The notes below the pieces were generated by a model that saw only the letters and a program-made list of their open reading frames with translations, made no database searches and was not told the origin of the DNA. DNA of 64,000 nucleotides from an uncultured Nitrospiraceae bacterium (GTDB lineage: Bacteria; Nitrospirota; Nitrospiria; Nitrospirales; Nitrospiraceae): contig CAWJWJ010000002.1 in NCBI GenBank assembly GCA_963846575.1, forward strand, positions 1,728,001 through 1,792,000, in the 5' to 3' direction. This document shows, one piece after another, positions 36,821 through 46,168 of this stretch. Position 1 is the first letter of the stretch. Each line of letters opens with the position of its first letter. Position numbers and translations under genes: made by a program.

Positions 36821-39800
36821 GTGAGGGTTCGTCCGCGCGCAGTGGTGCTGTCTCTGCTCGGCGTCCTCATCGTAGGTGCGCTCCTGCTCCTCTATTCGCG
36901 AGAACTCTTCGGCGTCGACCTCATTAAGAATTTTTTCCTCCAACAACTCGAAGCGAGCCTGCGGCGCAAGATCGAGGTCGATCGGATCAAACTCGTCCTG
37001 CTCCCGAGCATCCGGCTTGAACTGACCCAGGTCGGGGTCTACGGCCATGACGACCCGACTCATGTCGTGTTCAAGGCCAAGAAAATGGACATCGTGCTGC
37101 GCCTGCTGCCGTTGCTGAAGCAGCAGGTGGTCGCGAAGCGGGTCTTCCTCGATGAGCCGACTGTCACGCTGATTCGCAACCGGTCCGGCCATTGGAACAT
37201 CCTGGCCGGTCTCCCGTCCGCGGCCAAAGATGAATCGGCCTACCAGATGTTCAGCCGATTACTCCAAATCCGCGAAGCGACCATTCAAAACGGACATGTG
37301 ACGATCACCGACGAGGCACGATCCGACGGGGTGAGAACGGCCATGCTCGAGTCGGTCGAGATGGCCTTGAAGGTGTATCCGGGAAAAGCCCAGGGAGACC
37401 TGCATATCTCCGCTTCCCTGCCCCCCGAGGCCTCCGCTTCATCCTTCTCGCTCGCGGGAACCATCAGCCTGAGCGAATCCTCATCCTCACTGGCTGCTGA
37501 AGAACCCTACTCGGTGCGGCCCGCGTTTCAGTTCGAAGGAGAGATCGAAACCGCCAACCTCCGCCTGCGCGAAGCGGCCGAATTTTTCGGCCCCCGGCCG
37601 GTCCCCGACCAACTGCAGGGCGAGGCCAATATCAAAAGCCATATCCGCGTCATACCGGGTGTGGCCGGTTATGACGTCGTCCTGACGGAGATCACCGCCA
37701 ATGTGGATCAGCTGGCTGTCACCGGCAAGGCGAATCTGGCCGGGCTGCTGACGTCACAACCCACGTTCTCCATCACCTTCGCCGCACCCGCGATCGACCT
37801 CAAGGAACTCTTCGCGCGTATGCCGGCCCAGTGGATTCATCCGCAATTGCCGGGCATCGTCGCCCAGCGCCGGTTGGGAGGGACCGTCGAAATCCTTTCG
37901 GCTACATTAACCGGCGCGACGGCCCCGAGCCCCCAGTTGTCGCTGACCGGTGATTTCCGTGTGGAGAAGGGTACCGTCCTCATTGGAGATGACCGCGTGC
38001 CGACGCAAGATTTGGCGGCCACGGTCTCGGTGGAGCCCGGGCGCATCCGGGTCGGCAAGGTGACGGGCACCTATGGATCGCTTCAAATGACGGACGGGAA
38101 GGCGGTAGTGTCCTTCCTCGATGCGGGTCCCTGGATGGAATTGGACATCAGCGGCAATATGACGGCGGCGGACCTGGTGAAATTTTTGATTAAGACGATT
38201 CGCGCGGACCGCCTCACCTCACTGCTGGCCCAATCGCGCGAAATCGAAGGGCAGACCCATCCCACCTTCAGGCTCGTCGGACCACTCGATCAGCCGGAAG
38301 GCATTACCTTCGCCGGGGGGGAAGTCCTCGCCGAACAGGTCAGCCTGATGAACCCCTCGCTGCCTCAACGTCTGACTGCCATGCGAGGCCGCATCATCTT
38401 CTCGCAAACCGGCGGGGCGCAATTCGATCAGGTCACGGCGAACCTGGGCGAGGCCCAGCTGCAATTCAACGGGCAGCTCAGCGGCGGTACCCCAAGCGTC
38501 TTTCAGGATTTTGTGATCCGCGCCAAGGGCAATGCCATCCAGCTTCGCCAAATGGTATCCGCAGGCACTTTTCCGGATGATCTGCTGTCCGGCATCATCG
38601 TCGCCAAGGTTCAATTGTCCGGGCCCTCGGGAGCTCCCCATTTGCGCGGAGAGATCGGCTTGAACGAGGCGAAACTCGTGCTCCCCACGGTGGGGGAGAA
38701 GCCTGTTGGCTCTCCGGCCTCGCTGGAACTCGATGCCGATGTCACGCGGGGGGTGGGGTTGACGATTTCACGCCTGGAACTCGTGGTGCCGCCGTTGCGG
38801 CTCCCGCTGAAGGGACGCATCACCCTCGGCGATCATTTCGCCATTGACGCCTCACTCGCATCAGGCACGGTCTCGATCTCCAGTCTTCCGGAATGGATTT
38901 ACAAAAGCGGTTTCGAAGCAGGCAATCTTGAAGTCTCCATGGATGTGAAAGGCACGGATGCGGAGTGGAAGAACTGGCGATCGAGCGGGTGGCTGGCCCT
39001 GACCAACGGCTTGATGACGGTCAAAGGCGTGGAAGGGCCCGTCGAGGACATTTACCTCCGCCTGAAGTTCTCCAAACACATCGCCGACATCAAGCAGCTC
39101 TCGTTTCACATCAAGGATAGCGATGTCAGCCTCTCGGGAGCCCTGAAGAACTGGACTACCAAACCGGTGATTGCGGTGAAGATCGAGTCGGCCCAGATGG
39201 ATCTCGACCTCCTCATTCCGAAAGGACAACGGTCGCCGATCCGTGAATTTCTCGAGACGCTTGCGTCGACCAGCCAGGTCAGCGCGACCGCTACGATCGA
39301 AAAGGGTATCTACAAGCACGTGCGGCTGGGAGCGCTGTCCGGACGCCTGACGATCCAGGACGGCCTGTTGGACCTCGACCGTGTGATCGGGCAGTCGGGA
39401 AGCGGCCATGTGGCAGGGCGTATGGTCGTCCGCCTTCCCAAAGGTGAGCCCGCGGACACGGAAACCTCGATCAGGATGACGGGCATTCCTTTCGAAACCG
39501 TGATGCCGCTGCTGGGCGCTCATGACCAGCCACTCACCGGCGACCTTAAACTGACCGGCGTCTTGCGCGGCCACGGCCGGAATCCCCACGGCATGTTGCC
39601 TACCTTGAACGGAAAAGCCGAACTCGTGGCGCAGGAAGGACGCATCCTCAAAACTGAGAAGCGCGCCATCTGGAAGATTCTCTCCATTCTGAACCTTCCG
39701 GCGGTTCTGCAAGGGAAGATCGATCTGGAAAAGGAAGGATTGCAGTACAATCGCATGACGACAACCGTGACGGTGCAGAATGGCCTGATGCGAACGCAGA

Positions 39801-40231
39801 ATTTCATCCTCGACAGTCCCGTGATCAAAATTTCGGCGGTCGGAAGTTATGATATGCCCACCGACCAGCTCGATATGATCTGGGCGGTCAGCCCCTTCGG
39901 CTCCTACTCGCAGTTTTTGAAATCGATTCCACTCTTCGGCCGGCTGGTGGCCGGTGATCGCAAGGGCCTGGCCACCGCCCTGTTTCAGGTGAAGGGGTCC
40001 ATCGATGATCCCGAGGTGACCTACATGCCGATGAAGTCGTTTGCCACTGGACTCACCGGCGTGGCGCAACTCGCCTTCGATTTGCTCAAGAACACGGTGA
40101 TGCTGCCGATCGATATTCTGTCCCCGCAGCAGGAAAAAGATTCCCTCTTCGACCCGTCGTTGGAGATCCAGACACCGCCCGCGCCACTGCCGGTCGAACC
40201 ATCCACGGCACCGCTGGCGCCCGCGCCTTGA
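36821..40231 (+). CDS. AsmA-like (repeating beta-groove) envelope protein
   Basis: N-terminal TM anchor, LLPLL..NRSGHWN AsmA N-terminus, beta-rich 1136 aa, C-terminal KGSIDDPEV. Confidence 0.82.
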   Translation: MRVRPRAVVLSLLGVLIVGALLLLYSRELFGVDLIKNFFLQQLEASLRRKIEVDRIKLVLLPSIRLELTQVGVYGHDDPTHVVFKAKKMDIVLRLLPLLKQQVVAKRVFLDEPTVTLIRNRSGHWNILAGLPSAAKDESAYQMFSRLLQIREATIQNGHVTITDEARSDGVRTAMLESVEMALKVYPGKAQGDLHISASLPPEASASSFSLAGTISLSESSSSLAAEEPYSVRPAFQFEGEIETANLRLREAAEFFGPRPVPDQLQGEANIKSHIRVIPGVAGYDVVLTEITANVDQLAVTGKANLAGLLTSQPTFSITFAAPAIDLKELFARMPAQWIHPQLPGIVAQRRLGGTVEILSATLTGATAPSPQLSLTGDFRVEKGTVLIGDDRVPTQDLAATVSVEPGRIRVGKVTGTYGSLQMTDGKAVVSFLDAGPWMELDISGNMTAADLVKFLIKTIRADRLTSLLAQSREIEGQTHPTFRLVGPLDQPEGITFAGGEVLAEQVSLMNPSLPQRLTAMRGRIIFSQTGGAQFDQVTANLGEAQLQFNGQLSGGTPSVFQDFVIRAKGNAIQLRQMVSAGTFPDDLLSGIIVAKVQLSGPSGAPHLRGEIGLNEAKLVLPTVGEKPVGSPASLELDADVTRGVGLTISRLELVVPPLRLPLKGRITLGDHFAIDASLASGTVSISSLPEWIYKSGFEAGNLEVSMDVKGTDAEWKNWRSSGWLALTNGLMTVKGVEGPVEDIYLRLKFSKHIADIKQLSFHIKDSDVSLSGALKNWTTKPVIAVKIESAQMDLDLLIPKGQRSPIREFLETLASTSQVSATATIEKGIYKHVRLGALSGRLTIQDGLLDLDRVIGQSGSGHVAGRMVVRLPKGEPADTETSIRMTGIPFETVMPLLGAHDQPLTGDLKLTGVLRGHGRNPHGMLPTLNGKAELVAQEGRILKTEKRAIWKILSILNLPAVLQGKIDLEKEGLQYNRMTTTVTVQNGLMRTQNFILDSPVIKISAVGSYDMPTDQLDMIWAVSPFGSYSQFLKSIPLFGRLVAGDRKGLATALFQVKGSIDDPEVTYMPMKSFATGLTGVAQLAFDLLKNTVMLPIDILSPQQEKDSLFDPSLEIQTPPAPLPVEPSTAPLAPAP

Positions 40232-40282
40232 TTACGCGCCGGGTGCGTGATAGCATCCAGAATACGAGACCGCATCCACTCC

Positions 40283-41443
40283 ATGAGCCATTCCAGCGTG
40301 CATAACACCCATTCCGATCAGACCGCGACGCTCTTCATCGCCGCCAGCGAAACCGATTCGAATCTCTATTACGCCACGCGGTTCATCGCACCCGATCCCT
40401 TCATCTATCTTGAGGTGAAGGGCGAACGCCTGATGATCATGAGCGACCTGGAAGTCGGCCGGGCCCGCCACCAGGCAACGGTCGATCGCGTGTTGTCCTA
40501 TTCCGAACTGGAACGGCGCGCCAAGAGCAACGGGCTGAAGGATCCGGGCACGATCGATGTCATCCATCTGGTGTTGCAGGACGCCGGCCTGACCGACATC
40601 CTGGTTCCCTCGACGTTTCCTTTTCTTCATGCGAACCGCCTGCAGGAACTCGGCTACACCCTGCGCACCAAGCGGGAACCTTTCTACGAACAACGTGTCG
40701 TCAAATCAGCCGAGGAAGTCCGGCATATTGAAGCCGCGCAAAGGGCCACCGAGAAAGCAGTCGCAGCCGCCCACCAGACTCTGCGGCGCGCCGAGATCCG
40801 CCAGAATCACCTCTGGCTCGACGGAGAAGTCCTCACCTCGGAGCGCATCAAGAAACTGATCAATGTCGCCCTGATGGAATGTGGTTGCGTCGCCCAGCAT
40901 ACCATCGTGGCGGGCGGGGAGCAGGCCTGCGATCCGCACGACGAAGGCAGTGGGCCGCTGCCGGCCCATCGGAGCATTATTTTTGACGTCTTTCCACGAT
41001 CCGCCGACTCCCGGTACTTCGCCGACATGTCCCGCACGGTGGTTCGAGGCAAAGCCACGGCGGAATTAACCCGGCTCTACCAGGCGGTCAAAGATGCTCA
41101 GGAAGAAGCCATCACCAAAATCCGCGACGGCGCTGACGGCGCCTTGATCCATCAAGGCATCTGTGACCGTTTCGAAAAAGCCGGCTACAAAACCGGCTTG
41201 GTGGATGGACGGATGCAAGGCTACTTTCACGGGACAGGCCATGGCGTCGGATTGGACATTCACGAGTCTCCCCGCATCAGCCGGACGGGCTCGTTGCTTC
41301 AGGAGGGACATGTGGTGACCGTCGAACCGGGACTCTATTACCCCGGTCTCGGAGCGGTGCGCATCGAAGACATGGTGCTCGTGACCAAAGACGGCTGCCG
41401 GAATCTTACGGAGTTCCCGAAAATATTCGAGCTTGGCGAGTGA
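40283..41443 (+). CDS. Xaa-Pro aminopeptidase (M24B family)
   Basis: IIFD, ADMSRT, HGTGHGVGLDIHE, TVEPGLY and RIEDM motifs. Confidence 0.92.
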   Translation: MSHSSVHNTHSDQTATLFIAASETDSNLYYATRFIAPDPFIYLEVKGERLMIMSDLEVGRARHQATVDRVLSYSELERRAKSNGLKDPGTIDVIHLVLQDAGLTDILVPSTFPFLHANRLQELGYTLRTKREPFYEQRVVKSAEEVRHIEAAQRATEKAVAAAHQTLRRAEIRQNHLWLDGEVLTSERIKKLINVALMECGCVAQHTIVAGGEQACDPHDEGSGPLPAHRSIIFDVFPRSADSRYFADMSRTVVRGKATAELTRLYQAVKDAQEEAITKIRDGADGALIHQGICDRFEKAGYKTGLVDGRMQGYFHGTGHGVGLDIHESPRISRTGSLLQEGHVVTVEPGLYYPGLGAVRIEDMVLVTKDGCRNLTEFPKIFELGE

Positions 41444-41467
41444 CCCTCAGGGGTACGATCTCACCCC

Positions 41468-42442
41468 ATGCGTCTCACCTTCACGATTCAGCGCTTTAAT
41501 CCCGAGACAGATCAGCGACCGCATCAGGAAGAGTATCGTCTGGACATCGGACGGGGCATGACCGTGCTCGAAGCCCTCATCCGCATCAAGAACGAACTCG
41601 ACGGAACTCTCGCGCTGCGGTATTCCTGCCGGTCGGCCATTTGCGGATCCTGTGCCATGAATATCAACGGCGCGCAGAAACTCGCCTGTCGCACCTCGAT
41701 CCGGAAAGAGTTCGAACGAAACGGCCGGATCTCGATCGACCCTCTTCCGAACCTCCCCATCATCAAAGATCTGGTCGTGGACATGTCCTCCTTCTGGGAC
41801 AAAGTGCGGACCGTCACCCCCTGGTTGACCCCGGTCACGCACCCCACCAAACGGTACGGTTCGTCCGGGCAACTTCGTCTGCCTCCTGAGGCGTATGAAT
41901 TTCACAATGTGGACGCCTGCATTATGTGCGGGGCTTGCGTGGCCGCCTGCACGTCACACGAAGTATCGCCGGGCTTTCTCGGCCCAGCGGCTCTCGCCAA
42001 AGCTGAACGTTTCGTCGCGGACCCTCGTGAGCCGGAGGCAGCCAAGCAGGCACGACTCACGGCGCTCCAGGAAAATCACGGCATCTGGGATTGCACCCGC
42101 TGCAACATGTGCGTCCAAGTCTGCCCGAAAGATGTCCAGCCGATGGAAGCGATCATTCGATTGCGGCGCGCGTCACTCCGTCTTGGCCTGCACGCCAGCG
42201 AAGGGGCTCGGCACATCACCGGCTTCGTCGACCTCGTGCGGCATGAAGGACGCTTGAACGAAGCGCTGATGCCGTTGAAGGTCCTCGGCATGGATGTGCG
42301 CCGGCTGTTGCACGTGATGCCCTTGGGTTTACGTATGTGGCTCAAAGGCAAAGTGCCATCTCCCTTCGGACATCCCATTCCCGGCATCGAGCAGGTCCGC
42401 GCCATCTTTGCCGCCGCCCGCCGCCTCGCCCGGCGCACCTGA
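41468..42442 (+). CDS. sdhB: succinate dehydrogenase/fumarate reductase Fe-S subunit (type E-like)
   Basis: SCRSAICGSC..C, CIMCGACVAAC and CTRCNMCVQVCP motifs; HdrC-like C-terminal extension. Confidence 0.9.
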   Translation: MRLTFTIQRFNPETDQRPHQEEYRLDIGRGMTVLEALIRIKNELDGTLALRYSCRSAICGSCAMNINGAQKLACRTSIRKEFERNGRISIDPLPNLPIIKDLVVDMSSFWDKVRTVTPWLTPVTHPTKRYGSSGQLRLPPEAYEFHNVDACIMCGACVAACTSHEVSPGFLGPAALAKAERFVADPREPEAAKQARLTALQENHGIWDCTRCNMCVQVCPKDVQPMEAIIRLRRASLRLGLHASEGARHITGFVDLVRHEGRLNEALMPLKVLGMDVRRLLHVMPLGLRMWLKGKVPSPFGHPIPGIEQVRAIFAAARRLARRT

Positions 42443-42447
42443 CGGGC

Positions 42448-42888
42448 ATGCCCGGAAGCTTTCAATTCCTGGATGACATCGCGCTGGCCGACATGGCCTT
42501 CGACGCGAAAGGAGATGCGCTCCCGGCGCTCTTCACTGCCGCTACGCAGGCCCTCATCGAAAGCCTCGCCGATCCCGCCGGCGTCGCCGACACCTGGCAG
42601 CACGCGGTCGATCTTGAGGAGTCGGACGTGCCTACACTCCTGTTCGAGTGGCTGGGCCGACTGGTCTATCTGAAAGATGCTCATGGGGTGGTGTTCAATC
42701 GCGCCTCATTAACCGTGACGGCGCAACCGGAACGCGCTTCATGGCATCTGCACGCCGAGGTGACCGGTGCCCCGGTCGATCCAACGACACAGGAATTACG
42801 ATCGGACGTCAAGGGTGTTACCAAACATCTCTACGCCGTGACTCAAGACGCCACAGGCTGGACAGCCAGGGTGGTGCTCGACGTATGA
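42448..42888 (+). CDS. archease
   Basis: N-terminal FLDDIALAD, LLFEWL..LVY and DVKGVTKH...VVLDV C-terminus; adjacent to rtcB. Confidence 0.88.
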   Translation: MPGSFQFLDDIALADMAFDAKGDALPALFTAATQALIESLADPAGVADTWQHAVDLEESDVPTLLFEWLGRLVYLKDAHGVVFNRASLTVTAQPERASWHLHAEVTGAPVDPTTQELRSDVKGVTKHLYAVTQDATGWTARVVLDV

Positions 42889-43025
42889 AGGATCGGACAT
42901 GCGAGACTCTACCGTCACGAAACGGGTACTGCATGTCTGTCTGACGCGACCCTACGGAACCTTGACCTCAGATGGCAGCCGGCCGAAAATAAGATAGAGA
43001 TCGTTTGTAAAGCTTCGGGAGGGCC

Positions 43026-44477
43026 ATGCCACTCAACACGGACATGCAGGTGAATCGCATCAGCGATTTCATTTGGGAAATTCCGCCCTCCGAAAAGCCG
43101 GGCATGTTGGTTCCCGCGAGGATTTATGCCAGTGCCGGTATTCTGGCGGCCATGGACCGCGGCGTCTTTGAGCAGGTCACGAATGTGGCTTGTCTGCCTG
43201 GTATCCATCGTCACGCTCTCTGCATGCCCGATGGGCATTGGGGTTATGGATTTCCCATCGGCGGGGTCGCCGCATTTGATCCCGCCGACGGCGTGATTTC
43301 TCCGGGAGGCGTCGGGTATGACATCAACTGCGGCATGCGACTGATTCGCACTGATCTCTCCCTGTCCGAAGTGCGTCCGAAACTCGAGCTCCTGATGACC
43401 GAATTATTTCGCCGCGTTCCAGCCGGGGTCGGCGCAAGAGGCTTCGTCAATCTGACGCGGCGTGACTTTCGTGATGTCATGATTCAAGGAGCGGCCTGGT
43501 GCATCAGGAAGGGGTACGGATGGGAAGAGGATCTGGAACGGATCGAAGAACGCGGGTGCCTGCAAGGGGCCGATCCAGCGCATGTTAGCGACTACGCCCT
43601 GGAGCGCGGCATCAACCAGCTCGGCACCCTGGGATCGGGCAATCATTATCTGGAAGTGCAGGTGCTGTCCGACAGGGGCATCTTCGACCGGGAGACGGCC
43701 GCCGCCATGGGCCTCACCGGTCGCGACCAGGTAGTGATTATGGTGCATTGCGGATCGCGCGGCTTTGGCCATCAGGTCGCCAGCGACTATCTGAAGGTTT
43801 TCGAAAAGGCCATGCGCCGTCATGGCATCTCGGTGAAAGACCAGCAACTCGCCTGCGCCCCCTTTCGTTCGCCGGAGGGTCTGGACTACTTCGGCGCCAT
43901 GAACTGCGCAGCCAACACAGCGTTCGCCAACCGCCAGGTCATTACCCATCAAATCCGGGCAGCGTTTGAGGCCGTCTTTGGTGAAAGCGCCCTGAGGCTC
44001 GGCATGCATCTCGTCTATGACGTGGCGCACAATATCGCGAAGGTGGAACGGTATCCGGACGGGGAGTGGCTCGTGCACCGCAAAGGCGCCACCCGGGCAT
44101 TCGGACCCGGTCACCCCGACCTGCCGGAATGTTATCGCGCCATCGGACAGCCGGTGATCTGCGGTGGTTCCATGGAAACGGGTTCGTACCTTCTGGTCGG
44201 GACGGCCGCCGCCACACGCGATACCTTCGGCTCGACGATGCATGGCTCCGGCCGCACCATGTCGCGCGCCCAGGCCAAACGGATGGTCAAGGGTGACCAA
44301 CTGCAGCGCGAGATGAAGCAGCGCGGCATTCTCGTCAAGGCCGTCTCGATGTCGGGCTTGGCGGAGGAGGCCGGACTCGCTTACAAGAACATCTCCGAGG
44401 TGGTTGAAACCGTGGATCGCGCAGGAATTACAAAAAAAGTGGCGGAACTCAAACCAATCGGCAATATAAAGGGCTAA
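43026..44477 (+). CDS. rtcB: RNA 3'-phosphate/5'-OH ligase RtcB (archaeal/eukaryal-like long form)
   Basis: MPDGHWGYGFPIGG, GYDINCG, GTLGSGNHY, HCGSRG, HN, HRKGAT, HGSGR and AYK motifs. Confidence 0.95.
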   Translation: MPLNTDMQVNRISDFIWEIPPSEKPGMLVPARIYASAGILAAMDRGVFEQVTNVACLPGIHRHALCMPDGHWGYGFPIGGVAAFDPADGVISPGGVGYDINCGMRLIRTDLSLSEVRPKLELLMTELFRRVPAGVGARGFVNLTRRDFRDVMIQGAAWCIRKGYGWEEDLERIEERGCLQGADPAHVSDYALERGINQLGTLGSGNHYLEVQVLSDRGIFDRETAAAMGLTGRDQVVIMVHCGSRGFGHQVASDYLKVFEKAMRRHGISVKDQQLACAPFRSPEGLDYFGAMNCAANTAFANRQVITHQIRAAFEAVFGESALRLGMHLVYDVAHNIAKVERYPDGEWLVHRKGATRAFGPGHPDLPECYRAIGQPVICGGSMETGSYLLVGTAAATRDTFGSTMHGSGRTMSRAQAKRMVKGDQLQREMKQRGILVKAVSMSGLAEEAGLAYKNISEVVETVDRAGITKKVAELKPIGNIKG

Positions 44478-44500
44478 CGCATTATCCCTGTGACGTTACT

Positions 44501-44860
44501 ATGGACCATCGGCAGCACCCGCGGTTTCCCGTCAGGTTTCACAGTTCTTTTTGTTCCGTAAACCTGGTAGCGGGGGACGGAATCGTGATCGATCTCTCCC
44601 TACGGGGATGCGGGATGCTCAGTCCTCTCGACATCCAGCCCGGCACGACCCTTGAACTTCGCTTGTATACGCCCAACAGCGAGAAACTGCTCACGATCGA
44701 GCAGGCGGTGGTCCGCTGGTATACCGGCGGGCGAGCGGGCCTCGAATTTGTATCGTTGCAACCGGAGGAATGGGCACGCCTCCAGGAAGTCCTGACAGGC
44801 ATCAATCGTGAACCCTCTCAAGAGTCCGATGAACAGACCGGGCTTACCCGGCACCAGTGA
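44501..44860 (+). CDS. PilZ domain protein
   Basis: RQHPR (RxxxR) and DLSLRG (D/NxSxxG); GLEF. Confidence 0.88.
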   Translation: MDHRQHPRFPVRFHSSFCSVNLVAGDGIVIDLSLRGCGMLSPLDIQPGTTLELRLYTPNSEKLLTIEQAVVRWYTGGRAGLEFVSLQPEEWARLQEVLTGINREPSQESDEQTGLTRHQ

Positions 44861-45211
44861 GTCGGCATCAGGCACGACACGCAACGGCGATAAGAACACC
44901 GGATCTGGAATGCGGCAGCAACTCGCTCGAAGGTTCCCGCCAGTCTGCTTTGAAAAGTCGGATCAAGGCGTGAATCGAGACGCCTCAAGAAACGCCGGAC
45001 CGCTCATCCACGGGGTGGAGAAGCAAACTCCTTCCCGGAATTGGCCGATGTTTCCAACTATCGAAGCCGAGTCGGTCGCGACACGCGGACTCACATGTGC
45101 CGCAGTCAAGAGCAACCGCGGCATACGAAGGTGGACGCGTAACGAACGCGCCACCGGCACACTTTCAACACCGGACTTAGACGCACCCCCGTGCATTGAG
45201 GAGGATTCAGA

Positions 45212-45937
45212 ATGGTTCACGCGCCAGCCCATGCATCAGCATTGCCCCGTACATGGCTCCCGGCAGTCCTGATCAGTGGCATCGTCTCCATCCTGTGCGC
45301 GACAGCACTCTATGTCCTCCTGGCGCAACAGGATCGCTCGCTGGTCGCTCAGCGTAATGCCGCGGCCGTGACGGCAGTCGAATCAAGCGGGCGCGCCATG
45401 GCACGCACCTTCGCCTGGTTCAGTGAGTCGCTGCTCGGCGAACATCTCGCCAACGTCCAGCAGGCCCTGGAGGGAGAACCCGCTCCGAGCGGTCTGGTTG
45501 AGGCCGCCGTCATATCTGACAACAACCTCATCGTCGCGGCCCGCGATCCCGTTTCCATCGGCAGGCAGCTCCAGGATCCCGGATGGTTGGCCGCGCGGCA
45601 AACCCCGGCAGGATCCGTTTCCTCCGGTCTCGAACGAGGACGTCAGGTGCTGATCGTGGTGGAACCGCTTCGTCAGCAGGATCACATCATCGGCTGGGTT
45701 CGACTCGTGTTCGCCGTGCCCCAGGATAGCGCCACGGTGCGCTCGATCGAAGATCTGGCGCGTGACGTGGCTCTCGTGGCCGTGCCCCTCTTCCTGTTAT
45801 TGGCCACCTTACTGATCCTCGTCCTGCGCGGACTCATGAGTCAGGTGCGATCACTCCTCGGCAACATTCTCCTGGAAGCCATGGGAGAGGCTCACGAAGC
45901 CCCGGAGGGAAGCGTGGAACTATCCAAGGCCAGTTGA
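45212..45937 (+). CDS. two-TM membrane protein with Cache-like periplasmic domain and no output domain
   Basis: TM-periplasmic-TM layout; VVEPL....IIGWVRL strand pattern; GAGGAGG SD. Confidence 0.65.
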   Translation: MVHAPAHASALPRTWLPAVLISGIVSILCATALYVLLAQQDRSLVAQRNAAAVTAVESSGRAMARTFAWFSESLLGEHLANVQQALEGEPAPSGLVEAAVISDNNLIVAARDPVSIGRQLQDPGWLAARQTPAGSVSSGLERGRQVLIVVEPLRQQDHIIGWVRLVFAVPQDSATVRSIEDLARDVALVAVPLFLLLATLLILVLRGLMSQVRSLLGNILLEAMGEAHEAPEGSVELSKAS

Positions 45938-46041
45938 ACGTCGAACCGTGCTGCTCACTGCAAGCTCAGGAAATCTCACCTTGCTCAACCTTTCAACTTC
46001 GCGCCGGCACTCAGCAAGTACTATTTATCTAGCACTTCGGC

Positions 46042-46068
46042 TGAAGTCTGATACCCTCAAGCCGAGAC
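46042..46068 (+). promoter_or_regulatory. sigma28 (FliA)-like promoter
   Basis: TGAAGTCT-N11-GCCGAGAC versus consensus TAAAGTTT-N11-GCCGATAA. Confidence 0.4.
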
Positions 46069-46168
46069 AACATGGATCACGCAACACCCAGGATACTGCC
46101 CGTCGGTCCCTGAGCGCCGGAGCGGGGGACTTCATACCGGCTCATCGAGTTTCGCCAAAGACAGCGCT

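Noticed and set aside
38861..40069. Long antisense ORFs (also 20666-21565, 43404-44300, 48864-49724, 56043-56987, 59407-60246)
   Set aside because: Shadow ORFs opposite well-supported genes, expected in GC-rich DNA.
44861..45211. c-di-GMP riboswitch or the 154 aa ORF 44808-45272
   Set aside because: No recognisable GEMM core. The ORF overlaps both neighbours and has no protein-like motif.
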